Source: Lama glama
Taxonomy: Eukaryota
Direction: 5' to 3'
Assembly (NCBI GenBank): GCA_028534125.1
Contig: CM052817.1
Span: forward strand, 99,946,001 to 100,010,000
Length of the DNA: 64,000 bases
Below, piece by piece: positions 37,790-47,534 of this stretch (position 1 is the stretch's first letter; each line of letters begins with the position of its first letter). The notes under the pieces are model-generated. The model ran no database searches and was not told the origin of the DNA. It worked only from the letters and a program-made list of their open reading frames with translations. The position numbers and the translations under genes are program-made.

Positions 37790-38170
37790 CCAGTAATAAT
37801 GCCCCTGGGAACATTTTCACAGCTGTGCTCACACGTATGTGCCAAGATGTGTACACAGAGGTGTTCACTGCACCATTATTTGTAATAGAAAATGGCCAGG
37901 AGTAACCTAAGTGTCCACCAGGAGGGGACTGCTTTTGCTAATGCAATACCCATGGCAACCGAATATCTTGTGAATGAGTGACACAGCTCTGTGTGTGCTG
38001 CTGTGGGGTGTCTCTGGGATATAAGGTGCAGTGGAAAACCAGGGGGCTGAATGGTGTTTAGACAAGGTTGTCATCTTGTCATTTGTTTAAAAAATAGTGT
38101 TGTTTTTTTTTTACACCAGGAGATCGACACATGCACAACACACACGCGCTCGCGCACACACACACACACA
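37790..38170 (+). mobile_element. Ancient L1 (L1ME-like) 3' fragment
   Basis: gtgttcactgcaccattatttgtaatagaaaa...aacctaagtgtccaccagga. Confidence 0.55.
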
Positions 38171-39924
38171 CCCCAGGATTCAAGACAGTGCATTGGTTGA
38201 GAATATGGGAGCTGGAAACAGATGGCCTGAATTAAAATTGTGACACCTTCATGTACCACCTGTGCACTGGGCATTCTGTGTCATCTTTAAAGGGGGGTAA
38301 ATAATAAGCACACTTTGTAGGTTGTGAATATTTAAGCTCGCTGGTACATGGAAAGTGCTTAGAACACTGCCTGGCACATAACGTGATTAATAAATGTTTT
38401 CAAGGATAAATCAGTTATTAGTTTATGATAGGCATAGAAGTTTATTAGTTTTATTATACACGTATTTCTGGAAGAATACACTTGGATCTGTTAACAGGGG
38501 TTGCCTCCAGGCAGGAGGCCTGTTCTTTATAATTCCGGTACTGTTGGAAGAAAAAAAAATTAATCATTTTAATCTTTAAAACAGAAACTGTTTCTAAGTC
38601 CAACAGTTGGCAGAGGTGGTGGCAGAGGTGCTGGTTTGCCTTCGGGAGACGGTTCCAGGGTGGAAGCGATGGGGCGGGGCCAGGGCAGGGCCAAGCCAGG
38701 GGCGGGGCCAGGGCGGGGCATAGTGGCGGCTCCTCCCACATCTGGGAAACTCGGGGTTGGGGGTGTTACACTGAGGAGTGAAGGCAACGACAGGGAGGGG
38801 TGGTGGACACAGTGTTAGTCGTTCTGAAAATTCAGTATTTTACAGGTGGGGAATTTATGTGTCTTCCTAGAGGAAGGGGGGAAAAGCTATCTCATCTCCC
38901 ATACACACTATGGCTTTCTGAACTATAGCTGAGTTTTCTCATTTTCAGCTGCTTGCCAGGCTCTCCTAGCAACTGCTTTTTGCTAAGCAGGTTTTTTTTT
39001 TTTTAACTGCTAGAAATCAACTAAAAATAAAATAGGAACTTGTAAAGGTTTAATATATGTCTCTTATTGCACATGCCTAAGAAATTGTAATTAATGTCGT
39101 TAGTGGATTACAATGACAGTCTGCTGATCTTGACCTACTAGCCTGTCGTTCAGGTGAGACAGTTATGACACCTCCTCTCAGCAGGGCGCGGGGTTCAGGC
39201 TGGGTTTTTCCCTCACTCACAGCAGCGATGGACCATAGATGCTCTCCGCGGCCACCGCATGGTTCAGCGGTCGTGTTTGTAGGATAGCCGGAGGAGGCCA
39301 AGTATAGTGAAGGGAAGTTGAGCGCTCATATTAAGGAGATCTGTTTTATAGGAGGTGCTTCCCTCCCAAGTGTCACTTAATTCACCTGTCTTTGCTCTTC
39401 TGGAAGGAAAGAAATGCTGAGCCCTACAGGACTGTGGGGGAGTGGTGAGAGAGGATGGGAAAAGACTGGGTGCGGGCTTGAGTGAGGACAGCAGCCTTCT
39501 CCTTGTAGATCTTCCTGGAGGGCTAGAATTAAGAAGAGCTACCTACCGGCAACATTTCTGGGGTTCTGGATGGGATCTCATCAAATTGCTTTCAGAGTGG
39601 GGTTCCAATCTAGAGTTTCTGGATGTGTTTGGCAAACTCTCCCACTTTTGTTTGTAAGCAGTGGCTCCCCAGAGGCTTTCTGCTCAAGTGTTCATTGACC
39701 TCCTGTGTCATGGAAAGTGACTCAGGAGCTCAGCCCCCTCCCAAGGATGGGGAAGTGGGGGCTAATCTCAACATACAGGCGAGAGTCTCTTCTATTTCGA
39801 GGCCTGGTAGAGTCCTCCTCCACGTTCCTTGTACTGGGAACATTGCCATTACCCCCTGCTCTTTGCCTGCCTGGGTAAGAGGCTTAGTTAGTCCCTTTCC
39901 TCACAGACCTCTTGTTTCTGTTTC

Positions 39925-40001
39925 TTTCTTTCTTTTTTTTAATTGAAGTATAGTCAGTTACAATGTGTTAGTTTCTGGTGTACAGCACAATATCCTAGTC
40001 A

Positions 40002-40043
<42 letters not shown>

Positions 40044-40140
40044 TTCATTTTCTTATTATTTTTCATTAAAGGTTATTATCAGATATTGAATATAGTTCCT
40101 TGTGCTATACAGAAGAAATCTGTTTTATTTTGTTTTTTAA
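39925..40140 (-). mobile_element. Short L1 3'-UTR fragment containing a (TA)n microsatellite
   Basis: ttttttaattgaagtatagtcagttacaatgtgttagtttctggtgtacagc...gatattgaatatagttccttgtgctatacag. (TA)n at about 40005-40035. Confidence 0.8.
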
Positions 40141-41281
40141 ACTATGACTGTTTCTTGTAGAGGATTTATCCTCTTACACCTCGTGAGGAAATGTGTCTTT
40201 GTTAAACTCTTATTAATGTTGGTGAAATCTTCATAAGGCATGTTTATTCATCAAGGGTTATGTGCTTTTGTTATAAATATGCCATGGTTTAGTGGCATCA
40301 TCAATAGCTCCAGTGGGGAAAAGAGAAAATTCTCATTGATTTTGCTTAATGGACCACTTTTATGGTGAAAATGGGAAACATCTTCAAGTAATTTTTTAAA
40401 CGCAGGATTTATTTTCTTGATTTTCTCTGTCTTCAGTGAACTCAAACATAAAGCATATTATTCTTCTAGTGACCCAATTTAGTCAAAGCTGCTTTTTGCC
40501 TAATTTTCTTTCTTTCTTTTTTTTTTTTTTTTTTTACAAACTGCTTTTATAGTCATAGGGATTTCCCTTAAGGAAGCTACTACACGCCAAACTATAGCTC
40601 CCCAAACCGAGTCCCTTTCCCCTCTCTCCTGTCCCCTCTCCTCTCTCCCTTGTACCTGAAAATGAAGCATGACCCTAAAGTTATGGCCATGCTGCGTTCA
40701 CTCCTCACTTTTCTTTTGATTCTTCCATGTTGTGACATTAATGAGACAGAATCTTTCTCATGGTACTTATTGGGGACAGACAATCCCTGTTCACAGCGCT
40801 ATTGTTTGGTAAACACAGTTGGTGTGTGTTTGCTATTCTTTAATAAGACAAAGGTTTTTTTTTTTTCACTAAGACTTCTGAAGGGCTCTAATGTTTGCAT
40901 GAAGCCCTACAGGACGCAGCATCACAGGACGATGAATGGCATGTCTTTGAGCACTGGCAGCCCCAAGAAATACAGAAATAGTGTGGAAAGTATATTTTGA
41001 CTTTAAAAATTATTTGTCATCTGTTTTTTTCAAGGTCTATGATAATTTTCAAAGGATTGAAACTGCTCCCAGCATCAGAATGCTAGCTCCCATGCACGTG
41101 TTCCTGCTTTCTTTTTGTGGCGGTGGTCGGGATTGGAGGCAGGAGAAGACCTGGCCGCATTTGCCGCCTTTGTATTTGATTTGCACCTGGTGGGCCAGTG
41201 GGGGCTCCCGTGGCTCCTTGGTTTTGGGGGAGAGATGTCCCGTGCGCCCAGCCAGCCCTGAAGCCTCGTGTCCTTCCACAG

Positions 41282-41460
41282 GCCCGTTCATCAGTGTGGT
41301 CCTCTCCAAGCTGGAGAACATGCTGGACAACTCCTTGCACGTAAACTTGCTGCTTATTGGCATCATCACTCAGCTGGCCAGCTACCCGCAGCCCCTCCTG
41401 CGCTCCTTTCTGCTCAACACCAACATGGTCTTCCAGCCCAGCGTCCGCTCCCTTTACCAG
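41282..41460 (+). CDS. FHIP1A: FHIP1A coding exon (GPFISVVLSKLENMLDNSLHVNLLLIGIITQLASYPQPLLRSFLLNTNMVFQPSVRSLYQ)
   Basis: Acceptor tccttccacag| and donor CAG|gtacca; 179 nt, phase 1/0. It encodes the conserved FHIP C-terminal domain motif. Confidence 0.95.
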
Positions 41461-41778
41461 GTACCACCTGCTGCCTGAGATGCGGCTGAGCCGACTCCTC
41501 CCTTCCTCCCCCCGCCCCTGTCACGCTGCTGTTGTCCAAAAACCCTCTGCTCTAATCCATTTGCTCCCCTTCCCTGTCCCGTTACGCTGGGGGTGGTGTT
41601 GATGATTCTAGAAAAACCGCAAAGCTCTGTTTAGTTTGATGTCCCGAGAGTGCCCTCCCAAGAACACCCCGGCAGTGAGGAACCTGCAGGGGCAGAGGCT
41701 GTGCCTGGCAGATGTGTTGGTAACGGCGGGCGGAATTCTGTTGTGAAGCATTAACGACATTAGTGCTGGTTTTGACAG

Positions 41779-41917
41779 GTCCTCGCATCTGTGAAAAACA
41801 AGATCGAGCAGTTTGCTTCCGTGGAGAGAGACTTCCCAGGCCTCCTCATCCAAGCCCAGCAGTACCTGCTCTTCCGCGTGGACGTGTCCGACCCGAGCCC
41901 CGAGGCACTGACCAAAG
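41779..41917 (+). CDS. FHIP1A: FHIP1A penultimate coding exon (VLASVKNKIEQFASVERDFPGLLIQAQQYLLFRVDVSDPSPEALTK)
   Basis: Acceptor ggttttgacag| and a weak donor AAG|gtccgc; 139 nt, phase 0/1. The frame joins the next exon as G|AT (Asp). Confidence 0.9.
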
Positions 41918-43691
41918 GTCCGCCGGGTTCCTCCCCTGTGTCTCTCCATCACCCGCTCCTCCGGTTCCCCAGCTTCTCGACTTGGGGTCGCAGGTGCTGC
42001 ACCAGCTCCTGGATCCTAAAAGCAATGAATAGATTTCCATTTTTACCCAGCAGGGAGGTACCTCTTCTGAGTGTCCTTAAACCAAAAGGAAGGTCTGCCC
42101 TGACCACACCTGGCCTGGTCCCCGTTTGGAGGGCCTAGCAGGGCATTTGTTTTCGTAACTCAGAGTAGTTGTGAGAAGGAGCGACGTGGGGTTATTGACA
42201 GGCTAGTAGAAATAACTTAGTGCACATGGGCCAGAAAGCAGTGTTACGTGCACACCCTGAGCCATTTTTTGGCCAGTCCTACCCCAAGGAGGACATCCAT
42301 TCTCTTTATTATGTTTCCAGAGACTCTCAGGCCTCAAGTAAATGTGCTTTAGGGCTGTAGAAGGTAGAAAGCATTCGTCTGGACCGGGAGTAGTAAAGTT
42401 TATATGCACCTTGAGCCTCTGGAGAGCACCCTTCCAGCTGCTCCAGGGCCCTGGCCGAGCGGTTGGTGGGGAGGGCGGCGTGGGGGGAGAAGAGCCACCA
42501 GGCCTTGCTGAAGGTCAGCTTGCACAGATGTGACGGCAGTTGTCTTTGGAGCTGTGGCTTTGGCCTTGGCAAGTGCAGACCAGGGGATGGCCCCTATCGC
42601 CCTGGCTTTTGCTTCTCTCCCCCAGGACAAGTCAGGCTTCTTCGTGGCGGGTGAGCCGTGGAGGGAGCGGGGCTCTCAGTCCTGGGCTAAAGCATGTGAC
42701 CGGAAACGATGCGGAGCGCGAGGCAGAAAGTTCACTCGGGCAGCTTTGACGCTTCGAGGGCTTGACCTTGCCTCTGTGTAGCTGTTTGATCTTGGTCACT
42801 TTGCATCTCTGGGCCTCATGTTCTTCAGCTCTTAAGTGAAGGGTTTTCCCTCCATCTCTGGAGCCCTTTCTGGCTGTAGGACTCTGGGCGTGACGGGCCT
42901 AAGGGCACCGCAAGGCAGACTTTGAAAGAAACGGGGGCCTTCTGTCTCTGGGGAAACGCAGGGGCTGCTTTGAGCATTGACCCTGGAGAAGAGGGAGGGA
43001 GACCACCTCCGTGTCTGTGGGAAGGTGGCCTGCGGGCCCCATGTGGCCTCTCCTAGCAGTGTGGACAGCTGGCCTGTTGGCTGTGTCCCTCCTGAGCAGG
43101 GGGCCATGCTGCCGAGACTCACCCCACGGGAGGATATGCATCAGTTAGCATTTGTGCAAAATAAACCACCACAGAAACTCCAGGGTTCAAAACAAAGCCA
43201 TCACTTGGGCTTGTGAATCTGTGTGGTCGCCCTGGTGACCTGCTGGTCCTGGCCACGAGGCTGATGTTGGCGGGATTGGCTCGTGGGCTGCCATCAGCGG
43301 GTGGCCTTCCTCACGTCGGTGGCTGCGGGCCAGGGCGATGGGGATGACAGGGCCTGTGTTTCTCATCATCCAGCAGGTTAGTCCTGGCTTGTCAGCTTCA
43401 TGGCTGTAGGATTGCAGGAGCACACAGAATCTCTTGGAGCTGTTGCTTGGAACCCCACAAGGTCGATTCCTCTGCATTCTGTTGGCTGAGCCCAGAGCAA
43501 ACCCCCACCTCTCAATGTAAAGAGTTGCAGGGACTTACGGCCATTTCTGCAGTGTCTTCAAGTTGCACTCCAGGCTTGGTCTTCATTTGTATTTTGCAAT
43601 TTGTAAAGTGCTTTCCCAATTTTTATTTTCGAACAGCATTGTGCACGGCATTGTGCAGTGGGCACCGGAGAGGTGCCATTAGCTTCATTTT

Positions 43692-43812
43692 TTTTAAGGA
43701 TTTTTTTATTTATTCATTTTTAATTTTTTTAATGGAGGTGCTGGGGATTGAACCAGGACCTCACACATGCTAAGCATGTGCTCTACCGCTGAGCTATACC
43801 CTCCTCCTGCCC
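43692..43812 (-). mobile_element. tRNA-Ala-derived SINE (vic-1-like) with target-site duplication
   Basis: The + strand reads aatggaggtgctggggattgaaccaggacctcacacatgctaagcatgtgctctaccgctgagctataccctcc, with a T-rich tail. Flanked by gcttcatttt at 43682-43691 and 43819-43828. Confidence 0.85.
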
Positions 43813-46800
43813 CTGTTGGCTTCATTTTCATAAGCAGGAAGCTGAAATTAGAGGCCCAGGGTGGTCAGCCAGGATCACAGAGCTCAGGGGCCTGGTTTGA
43901 GGATCCGAGGACACATACCCTGGCCAGCCCCCTGGACCCACACCATCTGGGTGAGGGTGGGGGGCGCTCACACTGTGTGCTCTGTCCTGTGCTTCAGGCT
44001 GTGTGATGACCGTGGCTGCCAGATATGTGTCTGGGGACCTTGTTCCCACCACATAGGTTGTCAGATTGGGCAGCACTGGTGGATGGTTTCTAAGGTCTGT
44101 GACGTCCCAGGGGTGCAGACTTGTAGGCAGCTTCTCTCGGGATAGAAGACTTGCTTTGATGGAGTTTTCCAGATTAACCTCCTCACTTCTTTCAGGTTAG
44201 CAAAGTGACTCCCTCCCCTCAACTTTAAAATTCTCTAAACTCGCAGAACATCAAAGGTTTCTGTCCCCTTGGACAGAGCTCACTCCCAAAGCATCGTGTG
44301 GGATGTGATCGCCTCTCAATGAGTTGAATCTGGCGGCCTCATTCTCACCGGGACACAGGACAGTGAATGACCAGAGCCCCGTCACAGGCCGTGTCCTGGG
44401 GGCCCAGAGTCTCTGTGCAGTGCCCCATCTAACACCGGGGAACGGATGTCTCTCCTGACCTCTCATGTCTTTGCAGTCATCTTGAAAACCCTTTGTGCGG
44501 CTTTGCGGACCCAGGGCAGCGTTTTGGGAGATGGCTCCCGATTGTGACACTGATGCATACCTCCCCGCCTCCCCTCCTCTCCTGCAGACACCGTGCCTGC
44601 TCGTGGGGTCCCTTTACGCTGGGCGTAGCTCAGGGGCCCACAGCTGGGGCTGCTCCCTCGCCCAGGCCCTGCGCCCGCGGCCTCCCGGCAGCCCTGGTGC
44701 AGGACAGGCCTCCTCACTAATGCCTCAGGCAGGGGTCAGAGTCCCTGAGACTCCTCACTTCCTGTGCCCCCCGCCACGCTGTCACTGCTGACACTGTTGG
44801 TCTCTGAGGCTCGGCCCCTCGCCAGGCTTTTCGTTTTCCTCTCGAGTACTTTCCATGTGGTATTTACTTTCAGTATTCAGAGTCCTTTCACTGATCTCTG
44901 GTTCTGGAAGGGGGTTGGGAAGGCATTATCCCCATTTTACAGAAAAGGAAACTGAGTCATATGGTTAGCTGGTTGCCAGGTGGGGGCTGTGGCTTGGGGC
45001 TGCTGGTTTTTAGAGCTCAGTGGTGCTTTGCGACTCACAGAAGACCAGCCCCCTGCTGACGGAACGGAACCACTGTGGGGTGTCCGTGCCACTCCTCCAG
45101 CTCCCTCACTGGGTGGCACCTGCCTTCATTCATTAGTGGACAATTTTAGTTCCTGGACTCAACTGGGTAAATGAGCTTGAGCAATGACACTTTAAAAATT
45201 CATAGATCAAGCTGGATAAATGACCCACAAAAGCCCTCTTGGGGGAAAGAGACGAATTTGAAACGGGAAGATGGAGATGAAATGAACCTGCTCCAGGGAG
45301 ATCAGGTGTCGGGAAGACCTGACGTGGGTTGCTTCCTCCCCTCGTTCATTCAGCAAGTGCTTATTAGTCTCCCCTGTGAATCAGGAAGTGCGCTGGGGGC
45401 CATGAAGGACACATCATGTAGGGGCTCAGCTCTCAGAAACCTCAAGGCCTAGCTGAGGAGAAAGAACCTAAACCACAAGGCAAGGCTGAAGGGCACTGCA
45501 GCCCTGGTCGGGAAGTAAACGAGTGGGGGCTGGAGCAGGGGACCACTTCCTGGGCAGGAAGTCGAGGTGCTTTGTGAAGTCAGCGGCAGCTGAATTGATG
45601 GTGATATGATGGTTGACACCTTGTGTCGTGATACCTATTGACTCATTTAATCCCTAACAACTGTGAGCTTTTGACAGATGAGGACATGGAAGCAGAGAGG
45701 TAGAGCAAATTGCCTGTCGTCACTCCGCCAGTAAGTGGCAGAGTCTGTGCTCTTAGCTACTGCACTGGTCCCTTCAAGCCTGGTGAGGTTTAGGTGTGCA
45801 GAGCCGTGGGGAAGGCATGCTGGGGGTGGGGACCCGGTGTGAGCAGTGCGCGTCTCAGTCTGGGGCTTGTGCCCACGGTGTCCCGTTCCCCACCATATCC
45901 AGGCCAGCTTCCCTGGTGAGCCTCATGGGACCCTTTGGAGAGCTGAGTGGCTGGAGGGCTGGGGTGGGGTTCTGAGGCACGGTCCTCAAGACTGGCAGTG
46001 TCCTCGAGGATGTCAACACTTTTGTCCTCACTCTGTTGTCAGGACATCTTGTGAGTTTCTGCTGAAAGGTGGCAGCAGATTCTCCACGTTTCCAGTTAAT
46101 TATGGCACGAACTGTGATAAGCTCTAATCTAAAAGGATATTTAAAGCAGTAAAGTGGAGGACTTTTTTTTTTTAACATTGAAGACTATACTAGTGAGATG
46201 TGGAAAGAACTATAAATGTCAAGAATTTTTAGTACTGTAGTTAACGACACTCTGAGGGGAGTGTTAAAAAACGGGGCTGAATTCTAAAAAGCAGCCAAAG
46301 TAATGAAGAGCTGGAATATAATGATTTATAAGGAGTAATGAGTCTGTTTGAGTTGGGGGCAGAAGGCATAAATAATTCCTATAAATATAAAGGCCAGAGA
46401 TGCTGAGGAATTAAACAGTTGGGAAAGTCAAACTGTTTTAATTGGTAGAACTATTTAGATGTGAAAATGCAAATCACTTGAACATGTTGAAGTTTGGGCT
46501 CATATGGTCTTAGGCTTACATTAGACCTGAGACTGAGCTCGAAAGCCCTGGAAAGTTTCCTCAAGTGGAAGGTCCAAGCCACTCGCTGCCACCAGACGCC
46601 CACGGTTAAGAGAAGTTCCTGGTCTGGTCTCACTGGCACCCAGCTTCCTGTCCATCATCCCCAACGTTTAAGAGGCAAATTCCATTCTGTTCTCCACAAA
46701 GGCTGGAGGTGCCAGCCATAAGCAGCTGGGGGTGGCCAGGAGGCCCCAGAGGCTGGAGCCCGGGCCAGATGTGTAGCCCAGTCTGCCTTCTGCAGCTCTG

Positions 46801-47280
46801 CCGGGCAGTCAGGGCTTAGCTGGCCAAGGCAGGATGGGCTCCCCGACAACGGGAGCTGGGGAGCAGGTGGAGGCCCTGGACACCCCTAAATAACACGCTG
46901 AGCTGAGTCTTCACTTGTGGACGCAGCGGCAGGAGATGCCTTTTTTTCCGTCTCGCCGCCAGACCCCCACGTCCTAGGCATGGAGGGTTCCTGATAAACA
47001 TATTCCTGCCACAGTTTCTGCGTGAAGTTCCTCATACAGAACTTGGGATCAAAGTCTCAGGTCACAGGCCCTGCGCTGGAGCTGAGCCACAGGGCAGATC
47101 TGCAGACAGAGCGGGGTGAGGGCGGGCGGGGCCGTGTCCTCAGCCCGCGGGCTGTGTGGCTGCTGGACCCGAGACCAGCCCCTCCATCCTCCCTGCCCCT
47201 GTGCAGCACACACGCCCCACTAAGAGGCCGACGGGAGGGGCTCTACAGGGTCACCGAGACTGGCTTCTTTCTGGTTTCAG

Positions 47281-47534
47281 ATCCCATTCAGGACGCCTCC
47301 AGGACAGGAGGTGGCAAGAACTTTCTGGATGGCCCCCCGAGAGTGCTTCAGCCCTTCCTGACACACAGAACCAGGGTGGCCGGGGCGCCCCCGAGCCTGC
47401 CGCCGCCGGTGAGGAACGCCATGCTGGCCGCCGCCCTCTTCCCCGAGTTCCTGAAGGAGCTGGCGGCCTTGGCCCAGGAGCACTCCATCCTGTGCTGCAG
47501 GGTCCTGGGCGACCTGGAGGACTCCTGCTGTTAG
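47281..47534 (+). CDS. FHIP1A: FHIP1A terminal coding exon (DPIQDASRTGGGKNFLDGPPRVLQPFL...AAALFPEFLKELAALAQEHSILCCRVLGDLEDSCC*)
   Basis: Acceptor ttctttctggtttcag| and stop TAG at 47532-47534. The FPEFLKELAALAQEH motif is typical of FHIP1 C-termini. The seven exons sum to 2175 nt, a multiple of 3. Confidence 0.95.
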
